Below are positions 18,363 to 32,305 of a stretch of 64,000 nt of DNA, one piece after another (the stretch's first letter is position 1; each line of letters opens with the position of its first letter). The notes under the pieces were generated by a model. The model did no database searches and had not been told where the DNA came from. It worked only from the letters and a program-made list of their open reading frames with translations. Origin of the DNA: Candidatus Uhrbacteria bacterium RIFOXYB12_FULL_58_10 (GTDB taxonomy: Bacteria; Patescibacteriota; Patescibacteriia; UBA9934; GWF2-40-263); the NCBI GenBank assembly GCA_943359455.1, contig CALRHL010000001.1, positions 21,184 through 85,183 of the forward strand. The letters run 5' to 3'. The position numbers and the translations under genes were made by a program.

Positions 18363-18403
18363 AGATTACCATCATTTAATTAACATGAATAAATAGTATC
18401 ATA

Positions 18404-18883
18404 CTACCAACGCATCGTAGACGCCGTAATCGCAATCGCGAGTGCATCTGCTGCATCATCAGGTTTTGGAGCGCGAGGCAGATTCAAAAGCTTTGCGACC
18501 ATTTTTTGCATCGCTGCTTTTCCAGCATCTCCTGCGCCAGTGATTGCTTTTTTTACCTGTGCAGGACCAACTTCAACAACGGGAACTCCTGCTTGAGCAG
18601 CGAGAAGCAAAACGACTCCACGTGCTTCTGCAACACGTATGGCTGTCGTAGAATTATTTGCAAAAAAAAGTTTTTCTACGGCAACCAAATCTGGTTTTAC
18701 ATGTTTCAAAATTTCATTCAGATCATGCGCAAGATGCAATAAACGATCTTCCGGTGCATCTCCTGGGGTTGTTGTCATCACACCAAAATCGACCGCTTGC
18801 ATTTCCTTCCCTGCAACATGAATACACCCGAACCCCATTCGACCATAGCCTGGATCAATTCCGAGAATAAACAATTCACGCAT
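18404..18883 (-). CDS. ruvC: Holliday junction resolvase RuvC
   Basis: ILGIDPGYGRMGFGCI...AVEKLFF... RuvC signature. Confidence 0.9.
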   Translation of the reverse strand: MRELFILGIDPGYGRMGFGCIHVAGKEMQAVDFGVMTTTPGDAPEDRLLHLAHDLNEILKHVKPDLVAVEKLFFANNSTTAIRVAEARGVVLLLAAQAGVPVVEVGPAQVKKAITGAGDAGKAAMQKMVAKLLNLPRAPKPDDAADALAIAITASTMRW

Positions 18884-18919
18884 ACGGTGAGGAATTCCTT
18901 ACTTTTTACATTTTACTTT

Positions 18920-19606
18920 TTACACTTCATTCGTATAAACCGCGTCGACGTCATCCAAATCTTCCATGATTTCCAAAAATGTCTGAAGCTCTACACTCTT
19001 CGCTACGTCAATATCCGTCGTTGTTTTCGCAATGTAGGCAATCTGTGCCCCGTCGATCTTACCCGCCGCTGCCGCAACCTTTTGCAAATCTTTCACGTCA
19101 CACACGGCCTCAAACATCCCATCAATGGTCTGCATGATATCCTCTGCGCCAGCCTCGATGAGCGCCATCTCATCGACAGACGCTGAACGAACAATCCCCT
19201 TCTTCTCAAACATCCACATCACAGATCCGCTCACTCCAATCACCCCGCCATTCTTCGTCGCAGCTGTTTTCACCTCTGCAACAGAACGATTACGATTGTC
19301 CGTCAGGCATACGACAAGCATTGCAACACCACCAGGCGCGAAACCCTCATACACAACCTCCTCGATCACACCATCTTCTCCGGTTCCTGATCCCCGCGCA
19401 ATCGCTCGGTCAATATTCTCTTTTGGTACCGACGCTCCTTTTGCTGCATCCACTGCCATGCGGAGCTTAAAATTAAACGCGACATCTCCACCCTCCCGAG
19501 CCGCCAGGGTAATATTCTTCACCAATTTCGAAAACACCCCTGCGCGTCTCGCATCTGCCTTTCCTTTTTTCAGTTGAATGTTGTGCCAATGAGAATGCCG
19601 CGCCAT
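18920..19606 (-). CDS. yebC: YebC/PmpR-family transcriptional regulator
   Basis: MARHSHWHNIQLKKGKADARRAGVFSKL... start reset to MARHSHW. Confidence 0.9.
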   Translation of the reverse strand: MARHSHWHNIQLKKGKADARRAGVFSKLVKNITLAAREGGDVAFNFKLRMAVDAAKGASVPKENIDRAIARGSGTGEDGVIEEVVYEGFAPGGVAMLVVCLTDNRNRSVAEVKTAATKNGGVIGVSGSVMWMFEKKGIVRSASVDEMALIEAGAEDIMQTIDGMFEAVCDVKDLQKVAAAAGKIDGAQIAYIAKTTTDIDVAKSVELQTFLEIMEDLDDVDAVYTNEV

Positions 19607-19622
19607 ACTACCACCACATAGA

Positions 19623-19982
19623 TTACACCTCTGACCGAAGTTCAAGACCGCGGATTCCTTTAAAATCCTTCGTATTTCTAGTGACTAATGGAAAACCGCA
19701 TTCAATGGCTGTTCCCGCAATTAATAAATCAACAACCCGACCACGTTTTGTTCGTGCAATCTTTGCAGCTCGATCTGCAATTACTTCTGTAATCGGAATC
19801 ACATCACAAGATCGTATTAACAATAAAAGAAGGGCCTCCTCATCTTTTGATAAACCAGGATATCGTAATGCCTCAAAAACCGATAAAGCAGAAATGGCAA
19901 CGGAACCAGGAATAAACGAAAATGCTGGCATTGCCGCAATGTGCAAGATTAAAATATTTGTATCAACGAGAACGCGCGTCAT
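19623..19982 (-). CDS. vapC: PIN-domain toxin VapC
   Basis: VLVDTNIL ... TRNTKDF acidic PIN motifs; 4-nt overlap with the upstream small gene. Confidence 0.7.
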   Translation of the reverse strand: MTRVLVDTNILILHIAAMPAFSFIPGSVAISALSVFEALRYPGLSKDEEALLLLLIRSCDVIPITEVIADRAAKIARTKRGRVVDLLIAGTAIECGFPLVTRNTKDFKGIRGLELRSEV

Positions 19983-20176
19983 ACTGACTTCCAAGAACCC
20001 CGTGAACGTTCTATTGCACGCAAAAGAACAAATGCTCGTTGTTTCGAAATCTTTCCTGCGGTCTCAGACCATACATCACGAGACGTTCGCTTTGAGCGGT
20101 TAGATACCACGTGTTGATGCAAACCAATCATTTGTTCTAATTTTGTGACCCTTTGTTCAAGTATTTTTACAGTCAT
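19979..20176 (-). CDS. putative antitoxin (VapB-position small protein, family unclear)
   Basis: 65 aa, ATGA overlap with vapC; no recognisable RHH/AbrB fold. Confidence 0.4.
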   Translation of the reverse strand: MTVKILEQRVTKLEQMIGLHQHVVSNRSKRTSRDVWSETAGKISKQRAFVLLRAIERSRGSWKSV

Positions 20177-20223
20177 ATATCTATATAATACCAAATCGAA
20201 TCCTCTTGTCGAGTCATCGTTGT

Positions 20224-20676
20224 TTAACCCAGGCTAAAATATTTCTGTAGAATCGCTCGGTATATCTCTCCACGACTGACCATCCCAACGAGTTTATTTT
20301 CTTCAAGAACAGGAACTTGGTGAATTCCACTTGCGACCATGAGTGCTCCTATCTTCAAAACAAGAGTATCAGGCGTTGTAGTAAGAACACGCTTTTCCAT
20401 GAGCAATTCGATTGCTCGGTCCGCGACATCTGTTGCGGATTGTTCAATGTCATTGAAGTCGGTGTAAGACTCTGGGTGTGTAATCCAATGTTTATAGGAT
20501 GGATACAGACCACGAAACAGATCTTTTTCTGAAAGAATACCAACAAGCACCCCCGCCCCATCAACAACTGGCACCGCGGACAGATGATTCTCCAGCAAAA
20601 ACCCAGCAGCCTCACGCCAAGTGGTCGAGGTCAACAGCGTCACTATCCCTTCACGCATGACATCACGAACCATCAT
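20224..20676 (-). CDS. CBS-domain pair protein
   Basis: two CBS-like segments (AVPVVDGAGVLVGILSEKDL ... IHQVPVLEENKLVGMVSRGEI). Confidence 0.75.
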   Translation of the reverse strand: MMVRDVMREGIVTLLTSTTWREAAGFLLENHLSAVPVVDGAGVLVGILSEKDLFRGLYPSYKHWITHPESYTDFNDIEQSATDVADRAIELLMEKRVLTTTPDTLVLKIGALMVASGIHQVPVLEENKLVGMVSRGEIYRAILQKYFSLG

Positions 20677-20755
20677 ATGTCTCTATCAGACCACTTTTTG
20701 AAGACGATGTAAAGAGGGATTCGCCTCCGTTTTTTATCAAAAAATCCCACCAGAA

Positions 20756-21316
20756 TTACTCCGGTGGGTAGTGGATGTCGAGGGCGTGGATAGCTTTCGT
20801 GTATGCTTGGTTGAACTGTTCAACGAGATACGGACTCACGCTGCTGCATGCGTCTGCGACGACTTTGGCTCCGAGCAAATAGTCGGAGAATTTTTGTCGC
20901 GTCCAACCCGTGGGTGGATCGGTGACGCAGGAGCGGACGTTTGAAGTGCTGTCCGCGTGTTTGCAACGCTTGACGCCGTCGCATTCAAATGACAAGCGTT
21001 CCGCCTGACGGAGCTTGCGCTTGAGTGTCGGGGTCCCTTTCCACTCGGGAGGATCTGTCAGACCATCTACCAGACGTGCAACTTCGGTTCCGAAGTACGC
21101 TCCGATCTCGCCAAGCGTTGTCAAAGTGTCTTCGAGCACATCGTGCAAATACCCGGCAGCAATCTCCTCCGCACTTCCTCCTGACTGCTCGATGAGCTCT
21201 GCAACTTCAGTCAAATGCACCGAGTATGGCTGGCAAGCACGGTTTGGCCGAACCAACCCCTCATGTCGCGAAAACGCAAATTCTCGAGCGGCACTGATCA
21301 GTTCTGTTCCAGTCAT
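20756..21316 (-). CDS. HD-domain phosphohydrolase (small SpoT/RelA-hydrolase-like)
   Basis: HD signature ...AAGYLHDVLEDT... Confidence 0.65.
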   Translation of the reverse strand: MTGTELISAAREFAFSRHEGLVRPNRACQPYSVHLTEVAELIEQSGGSAEEIAAGYLHDVLEDTLTTLGEIGAYFGTEVARLVDGLTDPPEWKGTPTLKRKLRQAERLSFECDGVKRCKHADSTSNVRSCVTDPPTGWTRQKFSDYLLGAKVVADACSSVSPYLVEQFNQAYTKAIHALDIHYPPE

Positions 21317-21440
21317 ACAAGCTCCTCAGGGTGGTGCGAACGATATCACTGACGAGGAAAAAAATCAAAAAAATACGCTCCCGCTAAATTCTATCGGGAG
21401 CCACTTAGCCTGACCGTCCGAGAAACAAAAGGAGCTCATT

Positions 21441-21603
21441 AGACCTGTTGCTGTATAAGCTCCAGCCAAAAACGTCATATTTCGCCAAACTCTCGGTAAA
21501 ATATTTTTGGCTTAGCTTAGGCTAAACAAAAAATATTTTACCGTCGACTTTGTCTGAAATCTGCCATTTTGGATCAAGGATCTTATACAGCAACAGATCT
21601 ATT
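21441..21603. repeat. ~160-bp element with 23-bp imperfect terminal inverted repeats (agacctgttgctgtataagctcc / ggatcttatacagcaacagatct), an internal 14-bp inverted repeat (ggtaaaatattttt/aaaaatattttacc) and a possible 3-bp ATT flanking duplication
   Basis: read directly; overlaps the 3' end of hicA. Confidence 0.4.
21509..21525. repeat. AGGCTTAAGGC-like repeat copy (ggcttagcttaggctaa) in the loop of the element above
   Basis: read directly. Confidence 0.3.
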
Positions 21604-21801
21604 TTTCGTCACACCAAGTATCCGTAAATTATTCAAAATGATAAACGGCGGTAGTGGGTCGTACTGAGGGACAACAAGGGGTCGTTTCAAACCGGCCTTG
21701 ATGTAAATACGATGGTCGCCCTTCATTCGTCTGAATGAGCACCCGTGTTCAATCAAAAATTTTTCAAAAATTCGCCAATCAACCGCGCCCAAATCTCCCA
21801 T
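21583..21801 (-). CDS. hicA: HicA-family mRNA interferase toxin
   Basis: RRMKGDHRIYIKAGLKRPLVVPQYDPLPPFIILNNLRILGV resembles the YcfA/HicA KGSH motif region. Confidence 0.65.
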   Translation of the reverse strand: MGDLGAVDWRIFEKFLIEHGCSFRRMKGDHRIYIKAGLKRPLVVPQYDPLPPFIILNNLRILGVTKNRSVAV

Positions 21802-21807
21802 AATATT

Positions 21808-22095
21808 TTAAGCCGTACATGGCACCATCACATTCACAACAGCCTGCTCAACGACTTCTGGAGGACTGAATTGCCCTTTTGCCTTCGTCCATCCCAGATC
21901 TTTGAGGACTGCATCTATACTATTCGTTTCCATCAACTCTTCAAAAAAAATCTGTACCGCTTCGCCAAACATTCTCTTGGCGTCTTGTTCTGATGACCCG
22001 CATGAAGATAAATCTAATGCTGGGGAGTATGCAACAAATGCCACTCCTTCGCGAAAAATGGTGACGGGAAGACCGCAAGAAATCGATTGATCCAT
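21808..22095 (-). CDS. hicB: HicB-family antitoxin
   Basis: PVTIFREGVAFVAYSPALDLSSCGSSEQDAKRMFGEAVQIFFEEL matches the UPF0150/HicB fold pattern; immediately upstream of hicA. Confidence 0.6.
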   Translation of the reverse strand: MDQSISCGLPVTIFREGVAFVAYSPALDLSSCGSSEQDAKRMFGEAVQIFFEELMETNSIDAVLKDLGWTKAKGQFSPPEVVEQAVVNVMVPCTA

Positions 22096-22143
22096 ATTAC
22101 GGTGACTTTACCAAATTCGCTGATATTTTTCAATAGTAACGTT

Positions 22144-22187
22144 GTAGATACTATTAAAGGTTACCGTAGCTCTCCGTGTAGATACTA
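22144..22187. promoter_or_regulatory. direct repeats gtagatacta x2 with an embedded ggttaccg/cggtaac inverted repeat upstream of hicB; candidate operator
   Basis: read directly. Confidence 0.25.
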
Positions 22188-22211
22188 ATTCGGTAACTGT
22201 GTCGCCGTATG

Positions 22212-22267
22212 TGAACCGTACCCCAAAAAACGGACACTGTCGTGTCCACTTTTTGGGGTACGGTTCA
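22212..22267. repeat. 56-bp near-perfect palindrome made of two inverted copies of the terminal repeat of the IS at 7057..8021 (miniature IS-end element)
   Basis: right half is the exact reverse complement of the 26-bp left terminal repeat of the IS; left half differs at 2-3 positions; 4-nt spacer tgtc. Confidence 0.6.
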
Positions 22268-22303
22268 ACTTCACATCGGACTGTTTTGTGACTCTGACTG
22301 AGA

Positions 22304-26227
<3,924 letters not shown>

Positions 26228-26231
26228 ATGA

Positions 26232-29200
26232 TTATTTAATCTTCTTCTCTCCTGACAACTCGACCTTTTTACCATCCTTCATGAGTTCGACATCGAGACA
26301 CAGACCCTTCAACTCACGGATGAGCACATTAAATGATTCTGGAATGTTTACTTTGCGAATCGGTTCGCCTTTGATAATGGATTCATACGCTTTTGAACGC
26401 CCGACGATATCATCAGATTTGATCGTAAGGATTTCCTGCAACATGTGCGCGGCACCGTACGCTTCGAGTGCCCATACTTCCATTTCTCCAAAACGCTGTC
26501 CTCCAAACTGTGCACGTCCACCAAGCGGTTGCTGGGTGATGAGCGAGTACGGACCGATTGAACGTTGGTGAATTTTGTCTTCAACCATGTGTGAAAGTTT
26601 GAGCACGTACATGTATCCAACGGTAATCTGGTGGCCAAACTTTTCTCCGGTACGACCATCGAACAATGTCGACTGTGCACTCTTGTTGAATCCAGCACGT
26701 TCGAGCTCTCCATGAATCTGAGATTCTTTTACTCCATTCAAGACAGGAGTCGCCGCGCGATACCCAAGAGCATTTGCCGCAAGTCCAAGGTGAACTTCCA
26801 AAATCTGACCAAGGTTCATACGTGATACCACACCAAGAGGAGTGAGAATCACGTCGGCTGGTGTTCCGTCTTCCAAAAACGGCATATCTTCGACTGGCAC
26901 GAGTTTGGAAATAACACCTTTGTTTCCATGGCGTCCGGCAACCTTGTCACCAACCTGAATCTTGCGCATGTCTGCAACCGAAACTTGAATTTGTTTAATC
27001 ACGCCTGGATTAAGTTTGTCACCCGCTTCACGTGAAAACATTTTAATATCCACGACTTTTCCATGCTCACCATGTTCGAGATACAACGAAGAATCACGTA
27101 CATCACGTGCCTTTTCTCCGAAAATAGCACGAAGCAATTTTTCTTCGGCAGACAATTCCGTTTCTCCTTTCGGCGTAATCTTTCCAACGAGAATATCACC
27201 AGATTTTACCTCTGCTCCAATGCGAATGATCCCTTCAGAATCGAGGTTCTTCAACTTGTCTTCCGAAACGTTTGGAATGTCTGAGGTGACAATTTCCGGA
27301 CCAAGTTTTGTATCACGAACATCGATCATGTAGTTTTCAATATGCACCGAAGTATAGCGATCATCATGAACCAACCGTTCGCTCATAATAACGGCATCTT
27401 CAAAGTTATAGCCGTCCCAGCTCATAAACGCGACGAGTACGTTTTGACCGAGCGCCATTTCTCCTTTATCGACCGCAGACGAGTCAGCGATAACTCCACC
27501 ACGTTTAACCTGATCGCCAGGCATGACCACAGGACGCTGGTTGATACAGGTCGAATTGTTTGAACGTAAAAACTTTTTCAGCTCGTATTGGAAGACGTTA
27601 TTTTGTTTGTCTGTCACGTGAATCATCCCGCCATCGATTTTCGAAATCACTCCATCTTGCTCGGCAACAATCACATGTCCAGAATCTTTTGCGGCACGAT
27701 ATTCAATACCAGTTCCGACAATTGGTGCGTCTGGTTTAATCGTTGGCACCGCCTGACGTTGCATGTTCGTTCCCATGAGCGCGCGCGTGGCGTCGTCATG
27801 CTCCAAAAATGGAATGAGCGCGGTGCCGATCGAAACGATTTGTCGGCTCGACACATCCATATAATCTACTTCATTTTGGGTCACCACTTTTGGCTCACCA
27901 AATTTTCGACCACCAACCATATCATCTACCAAGTATCCTTCTTCATCGACTTTCACCGTTGCTGGAATCGTAACCGAACGCTCTTCTTTGAAGGCGTTAA
28001 TATATACAATTTCATCTGTCACGCGTGCTCGTTCCTTTCCGTCTTTCATCTCCTTGATGACCTTTCGATACGGCGTTTCAATAAACCCGTAGTCGTTGAT
28101 AACTGCGTAAGAAGAAAGATGGGCCACGAGACCGATGTTTGGTCCTTCTGGGGTGGCGATTGGACAGATACGACCATAGTGCGTTGGATGCACGTCGCGT
28201 ACTTCAAACCCAGCGCGTTCGCGAGAAAGCCCACCTGGACCCATCGCGGAAAGACGACGTTTGTGCTCGAGCTCTGAAAGCGGGTTGGTCTGATCCATGA
28301 ACTGAGAAAGCTGAGACGACATGAAAAACTCACGCACCGCACCAATCACGGGACGTGCGTTAATGAGACGACCTGGAGACAACGTTTCCATGTCGAGCGT
28401 CGACATACGATCTTTAATGATGCGCTCCATGCGAGCAAGACCAACGCGGAAACGACCCTGAATCAGTTCGCCAACCGCGCGCACACGTCGGTTTCCGAGG
28501 TGATCAACGTCATCTGGTTCTTCTTGGGTAATGTTGAGACGAATGACCTCCTTAATAATGTGAACGAGATCTTCTTTTGTAATAATGCGATTTTCTTCTG
28601 GAGCAACATGTTCGTCCGTTGTATCTAAATTGAAACGTAAGTTGAATTTATAGCGTCCAACTTTTCCAAGATCATAACGATCGAAGTTGAAAAACATCGA
28701 GTGGATAAGTCCACGTGCGTTGTCAGGAGTTGCGAGATCGCCTGGACGAATACGTTTGTAAACTTCCGTGAGACCTTCCTCCTCGTTTTTTGCCGCATCT
28801 TTTGCAATGGTCGCTTCGATGTAGTGGTTGGTTGGATGCGTATCAACATCTTTAAACAACGCAAGAATTTCCTCGTCGGTGTGATATCCAAATGCACGCA
28901 TGAGGGATGTAACGGCCACTTTACGCTTACGATCGATCTTCACCCAAATAACATTTTTTGGATCCGTTTCAAATTCCAACCATGCGCCACGGTTCGGAAT
29001 AATTTTTGCTCCGTAGTAGCGACGACCACGATAAACTTCTCCGGTGAAAAACGCTCCCGCTGAACGTACGAGCTGTGCGACAATGACCCGCTCGATGCCG
29101 TTGATGATAAACGTTCCGCGAGGCGTCATGATCGGAAGGTCACCAAGATAAATTTCCTGCTCCTTTGTGACGCTTGTGCGTTTATTCACGAGACGTGTTT

Positions 29201-29489
29201 TCACGCGAAGAGGTGCTTCGTATGTCACGTTTTTTTCACGCGATGTTTTTTCGTCAAACTTTGGTTCGTCGAGGAAATATTCCTCAAATGACAATTCTAA
29301 ATCGCGTCCGATAAAATCTTTAATCGGCGAAACCTCGTGGAAAAGCTCTTTGAGACCTTCCTCAAAAAACCATCGGTATGAGCGAAGTTGGACCTCAATA
29401 AGGTCTGGCAACTCCATCGCGTCTTTCACGGCCCCTGGAAAATACTTCCGAGCTGGCTCTGTAACGTAACTGCGTCGGTAATTAGGCAT
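26232..29489 (-). CDS. rpoB: DNA-directed RNA polymerase subunit beta
   Basis: conserved blocks [37 protein letters not shown]; start reset to MPNYRRSYV. Confidence 0.97.
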   Translation of the reverse strand: MPNYRRSYVTEPARKYFPGAVKDAMELPDLIEVQLRSYRWFFEEGLKELFHEVSPIKDFIGRDLELSFEEYFLDEPKFDEKTSREKNVTYEAPLRVKTRLVNKRTSVTKEQEIYLGDLPIMTPRGTFIINGIERVIVAQLVRSAGAFFTGEVYRGRRYYGAKIIPNRGAWLEFETDPKNVIWVKIDRKRKVAVTSLMRAFGYHTDEEILALFKDVDTHPTNHYIEATIAKDAAKNEEEGLTEVYKRIRPGDLATPDNARGLIHSMFFNFDRYDLGKVGRYKFNLRFNLDTTDEHVAPEENRIITKEDLVHIIKEVIRLNITQEEPDDVDHLGNRRVRAVGELIQGRFRVGLARMERIIKDRMSTLDMETLSPGRLINARPVIGAVREFFMSSQLSQFMDQTNPLSELEHKRRLSAMGPGGLSRERAGFEVRDVHPTHYGRICPIATPEGPNIGLVAHLSSYAVINDYGFIETPYRKVIKEMKDGKERARVTDEIVYINAFKEERSVTIPATVKVDEEGYLVDDMVGGRKFGEPKVVTQNEVDYMDVSSRQIVSIGTALIPFLEHDDATRALMGTNMQRQAVPTIKPDAPIVGTGIEYRAAKDSGHVIVAEQDGVISKIDGGMIHVTDKQNNVFQYELKKFLRSNNSTCINQRPVVMPGDQVKRGGVIADSSAVDKGEMALGQNVLVAFMSWDGYNFEDAVIMSERLVHDDRYTSVHIENYMIDVRDTKLGPEIVTSDIPNVSEDKLKNLDSEGIIRIGAEVKSGDILVGKITPKGETELSAEEKLLRAIFGEKARDVRDSSLYLEHGEHGKVVDIKMFSREAGDKLNPGVIKQIQVSVADMRKIQVGDKVAGRHGNKGVISKLVPVEDMPFLEDGTPADVILTPLGVVSRMNLGQILEVHLGLAANALGYRAATPVLNGVKESQIHGELERAGFNKSAQSTLFDGRTGEKFGHQITVGYMYVLKLSHMVEDKIHQRSIGPYSLITQQPLGGRAQFGGQRFGEMEVWALEAYGAAHMLQEILTIKSDDIVGRSKAYESIIKGEPIRKVNIPESFNVLIRELKGLCLDVELMKDGKKVELSGEKKIK

Positions 29490-29655
29490 AGAAACAAAAA
29501 TTTCACCCGTTTTGCGGCGTGAAGTTAAAACAATGAGTTTGTGCGCTGGTGCGACATGGAGGGGGATTAGATTCCTTCTTATGTCTGCACCCGGTGGACA
29601 ATTCAGCGACAAACGGGGTGATAGATTGACTCGAACTTTTCTCAATTCTGCGCGA

Positions 29656-29684
29656 ATTCTAACAATTTGAATGATTTATGTCAA
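29656..29684 (-). promoter_or_regulatory. rpoB promoter TTGACA-17-TAGAAT on the minus strand, giving a ~160-nt 5'UTR; a second TTGACA lies just upstream
   Basis: read from the reverse complement. Confidence 0.45.
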
Positions 29685-29845
29685 GTGGAAGGACTGGGGA
29701 TTGTCAAGGATTGCTAGAATTTAGCTAAACTGAGCATAAAACTCATTTTAGAAAGGCTGTCAAATGGAGGATATACCGATGTTATGCACAGAAAAAATGT
29801 ACTAATGAAATACGAATTAGATGCAACCTACATCCATAAAATACC

Positions 29846-29999
29846 CCATCCAAAGCTGCAAGGCACGGCCACGATACGAAGAGTCAAGACGCTATTTTTG
29901 AGCGGAGGAGAGAGCCTTTTTTCCGACGCCCGTGGGCACCAGAAATCGCTCGCAACATCGTTCTGACAAAATCGTGCCATCCCTCGCAGCTTTGGATGG
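29846..29999. repeat. ~155-bp element bounded by 14-bp perfect (24-bp imperfect) inverted repeats ccatccaaagctgc / gcagctttggatgg
   Basis: read directly. Confidence 0.35.
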
Positions 30000-30040
30000 A
30001 GTATGGAAACATCTCTGTACATACGATGATACTCCTGCGA

Positions 30041-30081
30041 AAAAAATAATCAAGAAAAAATCCCTGCTAGCAATAGCAGGG
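30041..30081 (-). terminator. intrinsic terminator after the kinase gene (minus strand)
   Basis: ccctgctagcaatagcaggg hairpin followed on the minus strand by a U-run. Confidence 0.55.
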
Positions 30082-30091
30082 CATACTTGTT

Positions 30092-30652
30092 TTAAAGGCT
30101 GGACAAGTAACCAGCATATATCGACTGGGCAATTTCAGAAAGCTTGTTTTCCTCTGAAACAATCTCTAAATCACACAACCTTTTGAATTCAGAAGACTTA
30201 TAATTCGCCAATTCTCTGTGGGTATTGCGTGACCTACCCTCATGGTTATTTCTGCCATCAATCATCAATCTTTGCTCCAGGATTTCTATCGAAGGGGGCA
30301 AAACAGAGACGACGTAGAGGTGATTTGGAAATGCTGTCGTCATCACTTCCAGACAAGCAAGCGGCCAGTCAAGTACGGGGACATTTCCCTCTTCTAATAC
30401 TTTTGTAATTAAAGAACGAGGTGTGCCACAACGAATCCCGTAAATTTCGTTGACAGACAGGAGCTCTCCACGAGACCACAAATCATCCATTACCTCATCA
30501 CTTATGGAGATCTTGGTGTCTTCTTTTCCTCGTGAGGGCCTGGTTGTAAATGGAACGATGTAGATAAATCTACTATCCAACACAAGCAGCTCTTTGATGA
30601 TAGAACTCTTGCCAACACCTGAAACTCCAAGAACAAGTAGTAGCTTATTCAC
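30092..30652 (-). CDS. guanylate-kinase-fold P-loop nucleotide kinase (divergent)
   Basis: GVSGVGKSS P-loop, TTRPSRGKED, E..YG..GT and LD motifs of the guanylate kinase family. Confidence 0.6.
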   Translation of the reverse strand: MNKLLLVLGVSGVGKSSIIKELLVLDSRFIYIVPFTTRPSRGKEDTKISISDEVMDDLWSRGELLSVNEIYGIRCGTPRSLITKVLEEGNVPVLDWPLACLEVMTTAFPNHLYVVSVLPPSIEILEQRLMIDGRNNHEGRSRNTHRELANYKSSEFKRLCDLEIVSEENKLSEIAQSIYAGYLSSL

Positions 30653-30718
30653 CTTCGCCTTTTCTTTTTAGGAAAGGGGGAAAACGATGTAGATTCGTGG
30701 TCTGTTCGTTTTTGATAC

Positions 30719-31615
30719 TCATCCAGGAGAATCCTTTCGGTGAAAAAAGGTTGTCTTGCGATAATGCTGATCATGGTTTTCGTGGTAGTTTTCCGCATTG
30801 ATTTTTTCCAACCACCGCGCAATCAGCTCATCCATCGAATCCTTGAGGATGTCTCCCACGACAACTTCGTGGGTAACTCCATCAAGGTTGGTGGGGATGA
30901 CCACTAAACCCTTAGGATTCACCATGAAATACGCCTTATCCCTTGTGGAAGCGGGTGCAATCATGATTTTGGAACCGAAGAAGGACTTTTGAAGCAGTTC
31001 GGCCATTTCTGTCTCAAAAGCAGAGGTCTTGTGAAGGATTGGTTGACGAAGCTCCTGCTGGAATTCGTAATCAATCAACTCGTAAATCTTCCAGGTGTTA
31101 ATGACCTCCATAAACGGCTGTAGCAGATCGGCGATGGCTAGGAAATCACCAACGGTTGCTTTTGAGTAGACTGTTCCCACTCGCAACAACCTTGGCTTTT
31201 CGCTTGGCCTCGTTTTATAGTGCCGAAGCACTTCCAGACAAGAGAAAAACGTTTTCCTATCCGCACGAGATCTTGCGTGAATCTCGCTCGTAGATCCATC
31301 CAATGGAATGTTGAGCGAAGTCACGTACTTGCCGATTTCTCCTTCAAACCGTGCAAAATAGGATGTGTTGGTAGAGAGCGCAATGCTCATATTAGCTTCA
31401 TGCAGAATACGCATGACTTCGCCAATACTCGGCACCAGTAGCGGTTCTCCCCCTGTGAGAACCACCGTTTTCACCCCCAAGTCCTTGAACCTCCAAATGA
31501 TTTCAAAGAGCTGTTTAAGTGGCAAGGTCCGTTCTGTTTTAGGTGGCCCATAGCAGTGCAAACAACGAAGGTTGCACGTGCCAATGAGTTTCCAGTCCAC
31601 CGTGTCAATTTGCAA
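30719..31615 (-). CDS. radical SAM enzyme, viperin-like (candidate prokaryotic viperin)
   Basis: single CNLRCLHC cluster at residues 15-22; TGGEPLL; no C-terminal cysteine cluster; C-terminal WKIYELID similar to viperin WKVFQCLL. Confidence 0.5.
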   Translation of the reverse strand: MQIDTVDWKLIGTCNLRCLHCYGPPKTERTLPLKQLFEIIWRFKDLGVKTVVLTGGEPLLVPSIGEVMRILHEANMSIALSTNTSYFARFEGEIGKYVTSLNIPLDGSTSEIHARSRADRKTFFSCLEVLRHYKTRPSEKPRLLRVGTVYSKATVGDFLAIADLLQPFMEVINTWKIYELIDYEFQQELRQPILHKTSAFETEMAELLQKSFFGSKIMIAPASTRDKAYFMVNPKGLVVIPTNLDGVTHEVVVGDILKDSMDELIARWLEKINAENYHENHDQHYRKTTFFHRKDSPG

Positions 31616-31664
31616 TATTGCACCCCATAATTGTAAAGGACTGATTTGTTTATATCTTACTTAT

Positions 31665-32192
31665 CTAGTAAGAGTCAAAAAAATTCCTTTCAAATAACCT
31701 GTCAAAACAGACTTTTAATTGTGGATGGATTTGAATATTGGAATCAATGAGTTTTTTTGCATCAATGATTGAGAAGAAAGAACCTTCAGATACTTCGCCG
31801 TCCGTAAATGTAAAACCGTCACTGGTCTTCGTAATAAACGTTTTTACCAACCGTTGATGACCGTTATCTCCCGTAAAAATAAACGTGTCAACGTCTTCAA
31901 TATATGTGGTAATACCGATTTCTTCCTGGAGTTCCCTGACCGCGGCTTCCTGATGGGTTTCCCCTGAGTGGACGTGTCCACCAGCCGAAGTGCAGTAATA
32001 ATTCGGCAGGAATGATTTTGTCGCAGAGCGTTTTTGTAGGTATATCGCTGGATAATTCGGGTGCAAGACGAGAACATGAACAATCCGATGAAGAAGCTTT
32101 TTGTCGTAAATTTCTTCCTTCGAAGCAGAGCCGATTATAAAATCGTCTTTGTCTACAATATCCAATACCTCAACATCCTTTTCGGAGTTCAT
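31665..32192 (-). CDS. Nudix hydrolase
   Basis: Nudix box GGHVHSGETHQEAAVRELQEEIGI. Confidence 0.8.
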   Translation of the reverse strand: MNSEKDVEVLDIVDKDDFIIGSASKEEIYDKKLLHRIVHVLVLHPNYPAIYLQKRSATKSFLPNYYCTSAGGHVHSGETHQEAAVRELQEEIGITTYIEDVDTFIFTGDNGHQRLVKTFITKTSDGFTFTDGEVSEGSFFSIIDAKKLIDSNIQIHPQLKVCFDRLFERNFFDSY

Positions 32193-32305
32193 CTTATTTC
32201 ATGATAAAAATTATCTACCTGAAGTTAGTCTAAGATAACATGAAAAATTTGTAAATGAAGAAAAAAGCCCTCCGCACGCTGTTGAGCAGTGGGGAGGACA
32301 GGAGG

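Noticed and set aside
30719-31615. Alternative identity of the radical SAM gene as MoaA, QueE, NrdG or the EF-P lysine aminomutase EpmB
   Set aside because: No C-terminal second Fe-S Cys cluster (rules out MoaA/SPASM); too long and wrong context for NrdG; no que/fol neighbours; lacks the KamA N-terminal domain and PLP region (rules out EpmB). Viperin-like remains a hypothesis, not proven.
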